The position numbers and the translations under genes are program-made. The notes beneath the pieces were generated by a model that saw only the letters and a list, made by a program, of their open reading frames with translations, did not search any database and was not told the DNA's origin. Source: Ignavibacteriota bacterium (GTDB lineage Bacteria; Bacteroidota; Ignavibacteria; UBA10030; UBA6906). From it: a stretch of 64,000 nt of DNA. Positions 40,036-49,308 of the stretch are shown one piece after another. The stretch is from positions 320,001 to 384,000 of the forward strand of contig CAWDEM010000004.1 of assembly GCA_963801355.1 (NCBI GenBank), written 5' to 3'. The first letter of the stretch is position 1; each line of letters opens with the position of its first letter.

Positions 40036-41867
40036 TCATGTCGCGAGCATGGAGGATTGAATCCTCTCGACTTCATCCATCACCCTGTTCACCTTCCGCA
40101 TCATGAGTGCAAAGGGTTCCGGACCGGTCATATCCACGCCTGCCGCGCGCAACAAAGCAATCGGATAGTCCGAGCCACCCGCCGACAGGAGAGCGAGATA
40201 TCGCCGGGTTGCGTCCCGGTCTCCGGACAGCACCATCTCCGTCAGCGCGGTGGATGCGGTCAGCGACGTTGCATACTGATACACGTAGAAGTCATAGTAG
40301 AAGTGGGGGACCGCCGCCCACTCCGCTTTGATCATGTCATCGACGACACACACGCCGCGGTCGTGCCCGTAGTACCTCCGGGTGATATCCTCGTACAGTG
40401 AACACAGAGTGTCACCGGTGAGTGTTTCCCCCGTTCCACCCGCTCGTGGATCGCCAGCTCGAACTCCGCAAACTGTGTCTGCCGGAAGAGCGTCGCGCGA
40501 ACACCATCCAGATAGTTGACCAGCAAGGAAAGCCGCACGCGACTGTCCGTCTCGGTCTTCAACAGGTGCTCCATCAGCAACGCTTCGTTGAATGTGGATG
40601 CCACTTCAGCGACGAAAATGGAATAGTGAGCGGTCGGATAGGGCTGTGTCCGGTTGGAGAGAAAACTGTGCATGGTGTGGCCGAGCTCATGTGCCACGGT
40701 GCTGACGTCATCATACTTGCCGTTGTAATTCAGAAGGATATACGGATGCGCATCATAGACCGCGCCGTTGGAGTACGCGCCGCCGATTTTTCCCTCGCTG
40801 GGGAGTACATCCATCCATCGTTCGGCAAATGCGCGACGGGCGGTCGTGAGGTAGTCGGTGCCCAGCGGCGCCAGTGACGCGAGAATCAACTCCCCCGCCT
40901 CAGCGAAGGAATAGGTGAGGTCGACGTCAGGGACGACAGGGACATACAGATCATAGCTGTGCAGTTGTTCCACCCCGAGAAGCCTCTTCCGCAATGAAAG
41001 ATACCGGTGAAGAGTGGGAAGGTTCTCCCACGCATTCTTCACCAGAGCATGGTAGACATCCACCGGGATATTCGGCCCATCCAATGCGCTATGCAGGCAA
41101 GAAGGATATTTGCGTGCGCGCCGGTAGAAAAGGTTCTTCTTCACTTCACTGTACAGTCCGATGCCGAACGTGCGACGGTATGCGTAGCATGCGCCGAAAT
41201 ACGCCTCGAAGATTGCGCGGCGGTCTTCACGGTGCGGGGTGGCGCGATGAAGGGCGAATGCCGCCTTGTCCAGTTTGACCGGAACGCCGTCGTGCAGGGT
41301 GACTGTCGGGAAGGGGAAATCGGCATTGGAAAATACGGTGTAGATGCCGCCGGAGGAATCGGCCATGAGACCGGCATCGGCGATCAGCTGTTCTTCGGAT
41401 GCGGTTCCCGTGTGTTTTTCCCGGCGCAGAACGTCGTCAATCGACTGCCGGTATGCAGCCAGTCGTGTCTCTGCGGCGAGAAATCCCTCAATGGTCTGGC
41501 GGCCGATCTGGAGAAGTTCCGGTTCGATAAACGCCGTGCACGCGCCGATGTCGGTTCCAATCTGCTGTATTTCCTGCTGGAATGCGAGATACTCTGCATT
41601 TCGGGTATCAATGTCGGCACGGGCGGAGGCGTACGTGGAGAGGCGTGCGTACAGCTTGCTGATGGAGGCCGTCAGCTCGAAACATGCGAGCAGTGCTTCC
41701 GGGGACGTGCCGAGGGTTCCGCGGCAGGAAGGGATCCTCTCGACTTCCCTGAGGAGAAGAGCCTTTCCGTCTTTCCAGGCGTCAACGTCTCCATAGACAG
41801 GTGTGAGATCCCACTTGAGTTCGTCCGGAATGGTCGCCCGGTCGCGGCTATACGTGGTGAAGGACAC
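40036..41867 (-). pseudogene. pepF: Oligoendopeptidase F interrupted by a single-base frameshift (pseudogene or sequencing error)
   Basis: KWDL, GKIGGAYS, HELGHTMH, FVAEVAS, FRQTQFAEFE in one frame; ETLTGDTL..YYG..HFY..FYVYQYAT..SAGGSDYP in the adjacent frame. The break is at the C5 run 40428-40432. Confidence 0.88.
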
Positions 41868-41888
41868 GGAGGTATCCAGTATTCGTAG

Positions 41889-41921
41889 TCAATAGATAAT
41901 GGACAATGGATAATGGATAAT
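41889..41921 (+). repeat. Degenerate heptamer tandem repeat
   Basis: CAATAGA TAATGGA CAATGGA TAATGGA TAAT in the divergent pepF/yitJ intergenic region. Confidence 0.75.
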
Positions 41922-41944
41922 CAAATCCCTGTGAAGTAGCAAGG

Positions 41945-41973
41945 TTGGGAATAAAGCCGGAAAAGTGTATTAT
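41945..41973 (+). promoter_or_regulatory. Sigma70-type promoter (yitJ-like gene)
   Basis: TTGGGA-N17-TATTAT. Confidence 0.65.
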
Positions 41974-42014
41974 GTCACCTGGCGGGCAAAGACCATTATC
42001 CGACGGATACAACG

Positions 42015-43844
42015 ATGAAATCATTCCGTGAGCGGCTCCAGAATGAAGTGATCGTTTTCGATGGAGGTGTGGGCACATACCTCTACGAAAAGGGAATCTA
42101 CATTAACACGTGCTTTGACGAGCTGAACCTCACGAACGCTGATCTCGTGGGAGAAGTGCATCGTGACTACATCAATGCGGGCGCGGATGTCGTTGAAACA
42201 AACACATTCGGTGCAAACCGTTTCAAGTTGGCGCTGCACGGACTTGAAGCAAAGGTCTACGACATCAACCGTGCAGGAGCGGATATCGCCCGTAAGGTGG
42301 CCGGCGACACTACGCTCGTAGCCGGTTCAATCGGGCCGTTGGGTGTGCAGATTGAACCGATCGGCAAGCTCTCCTATGATGAAGCGAAAGAAGTATTCAA
42401 AGAGCAGGCCAGGGGATTACTGGACGGCCGGGTCGACCTGATGGTCCTGGAGACCTTTGCCCTTGTGAGTGAGTTACTCCAGGCTGTTCGTGCAATCCGT
42501 GAGCTGGATCCGGATATTCCGGTGATGGCACAGGTGACGGTGAATGATGACGGCGTGCTCCTCAGCGGGGCTACTCTTGAAACGTTCGTGACGGAAGTGA
42601 CGAAGTGCGCGATTGACGTGCTGGGGCTGAATTGTTCCGTAGGCCCTAAGGCGATGCTTGAAGCCCTTGAGCACCTCAAGCCGCTCACCAAGCTGCCGAT
42701 CTCCGTCCAGCCGAACGCCGGCGTTCCGCAGAATGTCGGCGGACGGAACATCTATATGACCTCGCCCGAATACATTGCCGAATATGCAAAACGGTTCATC
42801 CTTTCAGGAGCGCAGGTGGTGGGGGGCTGCTGCGGCACCAATCCCGGGCACATCAAGGCGATCCGGCGTGCAGTGCATGCGCTCCAGCCGTCGAAACGCA
42901 TGGATCTGACGGCGGCGGAGTTGAAAGTGACGGCCCCCGAAGCGGTTGCCATTGTGCCAATAGCCGAAAAATCACGCATCAGCAACAAGCTCGCCAAGCA
43001 CCAGTTTGTCACGCTGGTGGAGCTTGTCTCCCCCAAAGGAGTCTCACCGGCTTCTCAAGTGCAGAAAGCCCGCCGGCTGCACCACTTCGGGATCGATGCG
43101 ATCAATATTCCCGACGGGCCACGGGCATCGGCGCGGATGTCGGCACTGGCTCTTGCCGCCATCATCCAGAAGGAAGTGGGGATCGAGACCGTGCTGCATT
43201 TCGCCTGTCGTGACAGAAACGTGATCGGCATGCAATCGGACCTTCTGGGAGCGTGGGCGCTCGGGATGCACAATATCCTGGCCATTACCGGCGATCCTCC
43301 CAAACTCGGCAACTATCCGAACGCCACGGCCGTGTTTGACGTCGATGCCATCGGATTGACCAACATCATCAATCGCCTGAATCATGGCCTCGACCTTGCA
43401 GGCAATCCGATCGGCGAGCCGACGGGGTTCAGCATCGGTGTGGGCGTGAACCCCGGAGCGATCAATCTGGATGAAGAGCTCAGGCGGCTTGATTGGAAGA
43501 TCGAGGCAGGTGCCGAATACATGATTACACAACCGGTGTTTGACCTGCGTCTGCTTGAACAGTTTATGAAGAGGATCGCACACACGCACCTCCCGCTTCT
43601 CTGCGGCATCTGGCCCCTCATCTCGTACGGAAACGCGGAATTCATGAATAACGAAGTACCCGGTGCCAGCGTGCCTCCGGATATCCTCGCGCGGATGCGC
43701 AAGACCACGACAAAGGAAGAGGGCTTCCGCGAAGGAGTGGCAATTGCGAAGGAGACGTACGACCGTGTGAAGAACGACGTCGCCGGGGTGCAGCTTTCCG
43801 CCCCGATGGGACGCATCGAAGGTATCTTCATGATGATGGAGTAG
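42015..43844 (+). CDS. Bifunctional homocysteine S-methyltransferase / methylenetetrahydrofolate reductase (YitJ-like)
   Basis: FDGGVGT, ETNTFGAN, GLNCSVGP, GGCCGT (Zn ligands); MTHFR half with CRDRN, ITGDPPK, ITQPVFD, NEVPG. Confidence 0.92.
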   Translation: MKSFRERLQNEVIVFDGGVGTYLYEKGIYINTCFDELNLTNADLVGEVHRDYINAGADVVETNTFGANRFKLALHGLEAKVYDINRAGADIARKVAGDTTLVAGSIGPLGVQIEPIGKLSYDEAKEVFKEQARGLLDGRVDLMVLETFALVSELLQAVRAIRELDPDIPVMAQVTVNDDGVLLSGATLETFVTEVTKCAIDVLGLNCSVGPKAMLEALEHLKPLTKLPISVQPNAGVPQNVGGRNIYMTSPEYIAEYAKRFILSGAQVVGGCCGTNPGHIKAIRRAVHALQPSKRMDLTAAELKVTAPEAVAIVPIAEKSRISNKLAKHQFVTLVELVSPKGVSPASQVQKARRLHHFGIDAINIPDGPRASARMSALALAAIIQKEVGIETVLHFACRDRNVIGMQSDLLGAWALGMHNILAITGDPPKLGNYPNATAVFDVDAIGLTNIINRLNHGLDLAGNPIGEPTGFSIGVGVNPGAINLDEELRRLDWKIEAGAEYMITQPVFDLRLLEQFMKRIAHTHLPLLCGIWPLISYGNAEFMNNEVPGASVPPDILARMRKTTTKEEGFREGVAIAKETYDRVKNDVAGVQLSAPMGRIEGIFMMME

Positions 43845-43858
43845 GCTCATCCGGTCAT

Positions 43859-43894
43859 GGCGTCACCCATGTGTATCCTCGGGTGACGTTGTTT
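43859..43894 (+). terminator. Rho-independent terminator after the yitJ-like gene
   Basis: CGTCACCC-N12-GGGTGACG followed by TTGTTT. Confidence 0.6.
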
Positions 43895-43980
43895 GCGGAT
43901 CCTTCCCATCGCGCAGCGTATCATGCCCTAGTGTAGAATCCATCCTTTGGCATTCCCCCGAGAACCGGTAATACCTTCCC

Positions 43981-44021
43981 TATGCTGTCTATTCAGCATA
44001 TTTGCCTGGCATGGCGTTTGC
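43981..44021 (+). promoter_or_regulatory. Sigma54 (-24/-12) promoter with an upstream palindrome
   Basis: TGGCATGGCGTTTGC at 44007-44021 has exact GG-N10-GC spacing; TATGCTG-N6-CAGCATA inverted repeat at 43981-44000. Confidence 0.65.
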
Positions 44022-44063
44022 GCCCCTTTGCAGCAGCAGTAAAGGCCACAAGCGAGGGATTCC

Positions 44064-44588
44064 ATGAGTACGGGTCACACGATTATTACCATATTCGCAT
44101 TCATACTACTTTCAACTCTGATCGTCAACTTCTATGACCTCAGCGGAAACGCAGGGGACTCCATTTCAAGCGGACAGGATGGCATCTTTCTGACGTCCAT
44201 TACTACTTCATTCATCGAAATGGCACAGGGTTTGGCGTACGACAGTATCACCGACACCATGAATGTCGGCCTCACCAATGCTCTGTCGCTCACCTCGCCG
44301 AATGATCTGGGACCTGAAGCAGGGGAAGACTCACTGCAACTGTTCAATGATTTCGATGACTTTGACGGCTTCAGCATAGAAAAAGAAGCCGGGACATCGG
44401 GTCGCCGCTACCGGACGTCATTCAGGGTGTTCTATGTAAATCCGGACGATCTTGAACAGATCGCTTTGTCCCGGACATTCGTGAAGAGACTGGACATGAG
44501 AACATGGCGGACATTTCCGCCGGCAGGGGATTCAATGGTGGACACGTTGAGATCCGGTTTTGTCATGGGTTACTTTCACTTTGACTGA
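44064..44588 (+). CDS. Minor-pilin-like protein (MshD/PilV-like)
   Basis: N-terminal hydrophobic helix after MSTG; LGPEAGE...FNDFDDFDG resembles the MshD motif. Confidence 0.6.
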   Translation: MSTGHTIITIFAFILLSTLIVNFYDLSGNAGDSISSGQDGIFLTSITTSFIEMAQGLAYDSITDTMNVGLTNALSLTSPNDLGPEAGEDSLQLFNDFDDFDGFSIEKEAGTSGRRYRTSFRVFYVNPDDLEQIALSRTFVKRLDMRTWRTFPPAGDSMVDTLRSGFVMGYFHFD

Positions 44589-44599
44589 GGGAGACGAGA

Positions 44600-45214
44600 A
44601 TGTCGGATATACTGGATTATATCAGCTCGATCTTGATGGGTGGCATGCTCACGCTGAACGTGCTCACCGTCAATGAGATCGCCAATGAGACCTACTCCGT
44701 CTATCAGGGCGATATGTCGGTGCAGGAAATGCTGGTGACCAGCGTGCAGGTCATGGAAGGCGAATTCCGGAATATGGGATTCGGGGTTCCCGAGAATGAG
44801 CGGACGGTTCTCGATGCGGATACGTCCAGCGTCACATTTTTGACAGACCTTAACCGGGACGGCGCGCCGTTGGATACGGTCCGGTATTTCCTTGGATCGA
44901 TTGACGAGCTCAGCTATACGCAGAACGTCCTGGACCGTTACGTCTATCGCACCGTCAACGGTGTCAACGGGCTCAAGGTCGGCGTAGTGACAACATTCCG
45001 GTTCCGATATCTTGCCAGGGGCGGTGAAGAGCTTGCACTGCCGGTTCCCGCGGACCGTCTGTCCGAGATCCATGAGGTGGAAATCACAATGGAAGTGCAA
45101 AACCCGTATGCCATCTACAATGTCGATCAGACGACGACAGGCAACGAGAGCGCACTCTTCTCCAGCTCGTACTGGCAACAGACGCGTCTGGCATCACAGA
45201 ATTCAAGGAGGTAA
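44600..45214 (+). CDS. Minor-pilin-like protein (PilW/MshO-like)
   Basis: MSDILD followed by a hydrophobic helix with GG; EFRNMGF resembles the PilW-type ExRxAG segment; DLNRDG loop. Confidence 0.55.
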   Translation: MSDILDYISSILMGGMLTLNVLTVNEIANETYSVYQGDMSVQEMLVTSVQVMEGEFRNMGFGVPENERTVLDADTSSVTFLTDLNRDGAPLDTVRYFLGSIDELSYTQNVLDRYVYRTVNGVNGLKVGVVTTFRFRYLARGGEELALPVPADRLSEIHEVEITMEVQNPYAIYNVDQTTTGNESALFSSSYWQQTRLASQNSRR

Positions 45215-45220
45215 CCCACC

Positions 45221-46507
45221 GTGGGTGGCAGAGCAGCGTTGATACTTGTTCTCGGTGTTTCGTTCATTCTTGGGTACATCTCAAGGAACATCAACACCGT
45301 GGCCACGAAGGCGGTCAGCAACATGTCGATGTACAACTCGATGACCGCATCACATGATCTTGCGCTGGCAGGGGCCAACGCGCGTCTGGCGGAATTCTAT
45401 CAGGACACCAGCTCTCTTGCGAGCATGTCCCAGACCTTTGACGGTACAGTCTATAACGGCAGTTTTGTTGCGTCGATGCAGGCGATCAGCGGCAACCGCA
45501 TCAGACTCCGGAGCGTTTCCACGTATCCCATGGGCGGCGGCGCATCGTTGCACGACACCGTGGAGGTTTTCTTTGACAGGAACAAGAAGAACAGCTTTAC
45601 GCTCTTTGCCTGGATGACCGACTTTGAAGGAAATGTGTTCTGGGTGAACTCCGACACCGTGTGGGGCCGCGTCCACTCCAACGGCAACCTGCACATCAAC
45701 GGAAGTCCGGTGTTCATGCAAAAGGCAACCACGGCAAAGGGTTTCGATCCGCCCAAGGTGGGAAAGGGAACCAACAAGGCGATTTTCAAAGACGGTTATG
45801 AAACCGGTATCGCGCCCATCAACTTCCCTACAGACATCTCCGAAATCCTCACTGCAAGCGTCAGCGGCGGCAGAAAGTACATCGGCGACATCTATGTGAC
45901 ACTGTCTCCCGGCACGTCGGCAAACAATGACGGCAAGGCGTACATCAGAAGCGGGAACACTGCGGCAGGGGCGATCATCGATTCCGTGAACCTCAACGAC
46001 GGAAGTTTCAACGGAGCGGTGCTGGCGACAGGCAAAGTCAATGTGGAAGGCACACTCGACGGAAAGCTGACGCTCGCTTCCCAGACGAACGTGGTGGTCC
46101 AGAATGACGTGTTGTACGAAAGAAATCCGCAGGTCACCACAAGCGATGACGTCCTGGGGCTTGTGGCCGAGCAAAATGTGATTGTTGCCGATAATGCGGC
46201 CAACCGCAACAATTGCGAAATCCACGCAAGCATCTTCACGCGTACAGGATCGTTTACCGCGCAGAACTATAACTCACTTCCCCTCACCGGTCAGCTTCGC
46301 GTGCTTGGTTCCATCGTCCAGAAGGAACGCGGGGCGGTAGGCACATTCTCCGGCAGCACGTTGAATCATGGGTTTTCCAAACGGTACCGGTATGACACCC
46401 GGCTGGCGGACCAGACCTTCCGTCCGCCCTTCTATCCGGGCTACTACGTGAGCACGTATGCAATCACCAACTGGTGGGAAAGCTACCGTGTGATGGAGTT
46501 TGAGTAG
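45221..46507 (+). CDS. PilX-like protein with a beta-rich C-terminal domain (DUF4900-like)
   Basis: GTG start, GRAALILVLG PilX-type N-terminus, ALAGAN, GRVHSNGNL, GFSKRYRYDTRL..PPFYP. Confidence 0.6.
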   Translation: MGGRAALILVLGVSFILGYISRNINTVATKAVSNMSMYNSMTASHDLALAGANARLAEFYQDTSSLASMSQTFDGTVYNGSFVASMQAISGNRIRLRSVSTYPMGGGASLHDTVEVFFDRNKKNSFTLFAWMTDFEGNVFWVNSDTVWGRVHSNGNLHINGSPVFMQKATTAKGFDPPKVGKGTNKAIFKDGYETGIAPINFPTDISEILTASVSGGRKYIGDIYVTLSPGTSANNDGKAYIRSGNTAAGAIIDSVNLNDGSFNGAVLATGKVNVEGTLDGKLTLASQTNVVVQNDVLYERNPQVTTSDDVLGLVAEQNVIVADNAANRNNCEIHASIFTRTGSFTAQNYNSLPLTGQLRVLGSIVQKERGAVGTFSGSTLNHGFSKRYRYDTRLADQTFRPPFYPGYYVSTYAITNWWESYRVMEFE

Positions 46508-46538
46508 CACTGCGATGCGTTGCAAGTAGCGCTGAATT

Positions 46539-46574
46539 TCCCGTAATTGCCGTATTAGGCAATTACGGGATTTC
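46539..46574 (+). terminator. Perfect 13-bp hairpin terminator after the pilin-like trio
   Basis: TCCCGTAATTGCC-GTATTA-GGCAATTACGGGA followed by TTTC. Confidence 0.75.
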
Positions 46575-46577
46575 TGT

Positions 46578-49193
46578 ATGTCCACCCCCCTCATGCGGCA
46601 ATACGCGCAGGTAAAGGCGAAGTACCCGGATACCATTCTACTCTTCCGGATGGGGGACTTTTTTGAAACATTCGATGACGACGCGAAGGTCGCCGCGCGC
46701 GTCCTTGGTATTACCCTTACCCGCCGGGGAAACGGAACCGCCGGCGAGACTCCCCTGGCAGGATTCCCGCATCACGCCCTGGATACCTACCTCCCCCGTC
46801 TCCTGAAGGCCGGCTACCGTGTGGCTGTCTGCGAGCAAATGGAAGATCCGAAACTCGCAAAGGGTATTGTCAAACGCGACGTCATTGAGGTGGTGACGCC
46901 GGGTGTTGCGTTTTCCGACAAAGTCCTGGAGCAAAAACGCAACAACTACCTGGCAGCTGTCGCATTGCCGGGCGCGCTCGCGACAGGAATGGATCGCGTC
47001 GGCCTTGCCTTCGTGGATGTAACAACGGCGGACTTCCGCGTTGCGGAGATGCCGCTACGCGCGCTCGCCGAACAGGTGGGCGCCCTGGAGCCGTCGGAAC
47101 TCCTCGTGCAACGGCGCGACGCCGAAACCATCGGACAGGTCCTCCGGGCCACTTTTCACGGCCTGGCGACAAAAACCGAGGACTGGATCTTCAACGACGA
47201 TTATGCGCGCGAGCTTCTGACCGCCCACTTCAACACCCAGTCCCTGAAAGGTTTCGGCCTACAGGAGTTCACGATCGGGATCCTGGCCGCCGGCGCGATC
47301 ATGCACTACCTTCAGGAGACGCAGAAGTCGAACCTTCTGCACATCCGCAAACTCCTGCCGTTTGATATTGCCGACCATATTGTGCTGGATCCCTCAACGA
47401 AGCGGAATCTGGAGATCACCGCATCCATTGCAGGGGACAGCGACGGGACTCTGGTACATGTGCTCGACCGCACCGCGACCCCGATGGGAGGGCGGCTCCT
47501 GAAGCGGTGGATTACACAGCCCCTGAATGCGGTCGCACCGATCCGTGCGCGCCTTGATGCCGTCAGCGAGCTGGTCAATAATGCGACTATACGGGATGCC
47601 GTTGCGGCGCACCTCTCGAGGATCGGAGATCTTGAGCGGCTCAACAGCCGCATTTGCACGGCCCGCGCCGGCCCACGCGACCTTCAGGGATTGCGCGGCA
47701 TCCTCGAGGAAATCGTCCTGCTGCGCGGCAGCTCGAATGCCTTCACGGCAGAGTCCCTGCGTGGTGTACACACCGATCTCCAACCATTACCCGAAGTCGT
47801 CGGACTTATTCAGGCGGCCATTCATCCCGCTCCGCCCGGAACGCTCGCCGACGGTGGCGTGATCTTGCAGGGATACAACAAGGAGCTGGATGAACTGCGT
47901 CTCCTTTCCACCAGCGGCAAGCAATGGATCGCCGACCTCCAGACCGGGGAGAGGGAACGCACGGGCATCCCATCGTTGAAGGTGGGGTTCAACAACGTCT
48001 TCGGGTACTATATTGAAATCACCAACACGCATCGGGACAAAGTTCCATCCCAATACACGCGCAAGCAGACACTGACAGGTGCCGAACGGTACATTACGCC
48101 GGCCCTGAAAGAGTATGAGGAGAAGATCCTCCATGCGGAAGAGCGCATCCTCGCTCTTGAGACGCAGCTCTTTACCGACATCCGCCTTCGTGTTGCCGCA
48201 CATGCGGACGCGATCACCTCGAACGCCCGTGCGCTGGCGGCATTGGATTGCTACGTGTCGCTCGCCGCGGTCGCGGCGGAGAATGATTACGTCAGGCCGG
48301 ATGTCAACGACGGACCGGTCATCGAGATCGTCGACGGCAGGCATCCTGTGATCGAGCGGCTCCTCCCGCCCGGCGAGCACTACACTCCCAACTCAGTTCG
48401 TCTGGACAGCGGCAGAGAACAGATTCTGATCATCACCGGCCCGAACATGAGCGGGAAGTCGAGCTTTTTGCGGCAGGTCGGTTTGATCACCTTGCTTGCC
48501 CAGATTGGCAGCCATGTGCCGGCGAAGAAAGCAGTCATCGGTCTGGTGGACAAAATCTTCACGCGGGTGGGAGCGAGCGACAACATCGCTTCCGGGGAGA
48601 GCACATTCCTGGTGGAAATGCACGAGGCCGCCAACATTGTCAACACAGCCACGGCGCGGAGCTTGATTCTGCTGGATGAGGTGGGACGCGGGACCAGCAC
48701 GTTCGACGGGATCAGCATCGCCTGGGCGCTGACGGAGTATGTGCATGATCGCATCGGAGCGCGGACGCTTTTTGCGACACACTACCATGAGCTGAACGAG
48801 CTTGCGGATCTCCTCCCCCGCATCAGGAACCTCAAGGTCGACGTACGGGAGTACGGCGACAAGGTGATCTTCCTGCACAAAGTCACTCCCGGGTTCGCCG
48901 ATCATTCGTACGGCATCCAGGTGGCGCAGATGGCCGGACTTCCCGAAGAGCTCACCGACCGTGCAAAGCAGCTCCTCAAAAACCTCGAATCATCCGACCT
49001 GACATTTGATGAAGAGACGGCGGGAACGCGGCGTCGCGGACGGAGCCCTTCCGCAAACGTACAACTGACCCTCTTCGAAATGAAGGATGATGTCCTCCGT
49101 GAGCGGCTCCGGAAGGTGGACCCCGATGCAATGACCCCCCTCGATGCACTGCGGCTGCTGACTGAACTCAAGAAGTCCGTTGAAAGAAAATAG
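46578..49193 (+). CDS. mutS: DNA mismatch repair protein MutS
   Basis: TPLMRQY, FRMGDFFE, ITGPNMSGKS, STFLVEM, DEVGRGTSTFDG, ATHYHEL, SYGIQVA, QLTLF clamp motif. Confidence 0.98.
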   Translation: MSTPLMRQYAQVKAKYPDTILLFRMGDFFETFDDDAKVAARVLGITLTRRGNGTAGETPLAGFPHHALDTYLPRLLKAGYRVAVCEQMEDPKLAKGIVKRDVIEVVTPGVAFSDKVLEQKRNNYLAAVALPGALATGMDRVGLAFVDVTTADFRVAEMPLRALAEQVGALEPSELLVQRRDAETIGQVLRATFHGLATKTEDWIFNDDYARELLTAHFNTQSLKGFGLQEFTIGILAAGAIMHYLQETQKSNLLHIRKLLPFDIADHIVLDPSTKRNLEITASIAGDSDGTLVHVLDRTATPMGGRLLKRWITQPLNAVAPIRARLDAVSELVNNATIRDAVAAHLSRIGDLERLNSRICTARAGPRDLQGLRGILEEIVLLRGSSNAFTAESLRGVHTDLQPLPEVVGLIQAAIHPAPPGTLADGGVILQGYNKELDELRLLSTSGKQWIADLQTGERERTGIPSLKVGFNNVFGYYIEITNTHRDKVPSQYTRKQTLTGAERYITPALKEYEEKILHAEERILALETQLFTDIRLRVAAHADAITSNARALAALDCYVSLAAVAAENDYVRPDVNDGPVIEIVDGRHPVIERLLPPGEHYTPNSVRLDSGREQILIITGPNMSGKSSFLRQVGLITLLAQIGSHVPAKKAVIGLVDKIFTRVGASDNIASGESTFLVEMHEAANIVNTATARSLILLDEVGRGTSTFDGISIAWALTEYVHDRIGARTLFATHYHELNELADLLPRIRNLKVDVREYGDKVIFLHKVTPGFADHSYGIQVAQMAGLPEELTDRAKQLLKNLESSDLTFDEETAGTRRRGRSPSANVQLTLFEMKDDVLRERLRKVDPDAMTPLDALRLLTELKKSVERK

Positions 49194-49220
49194 CGAATTC
49201 CGGCCGAATTCGAGCATTTT
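49194..49220 (+). terminator. Possible terminator after mutS
   Basis: CGAATTC-CGGCC-GAATTCG, then AGCATTTT. Confidence 0.4.
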
Positions 49221-49226
49221 CACACC

Positions 49227-49255
49227 TTGGAAATCCCCACCCTTCTGCGTACCTT
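49227..49255 (+). promoter_or_regulatory. Sigma70-type promoter
   Basis: TTGGAA-N17-TACCTT. Confidence 0.6.
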
Positions 49256-49308
49256 TAACGGCATTCCACGCCGATGGCGCTGCCGGACATTTGCCAGAAA
49301 TGTGACTC

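Noticed and set aside
40420-40440. Programmed -1 ribosomal frameshift at GGGAAAC in pepF
   Set aside because: The heptamer is phased GGG-AAA-C rather than the required X-XXY-YYZ, so a homopolymer indel is more parsimonious.
41868-42014. SAM riboswitch upstream of the yitJ-like gene
   Set aside because: There is no SAM-I core (ATC.AGAG...GAC.GGCCC), and the predicted promoter leaves only about 35 nt of leader.
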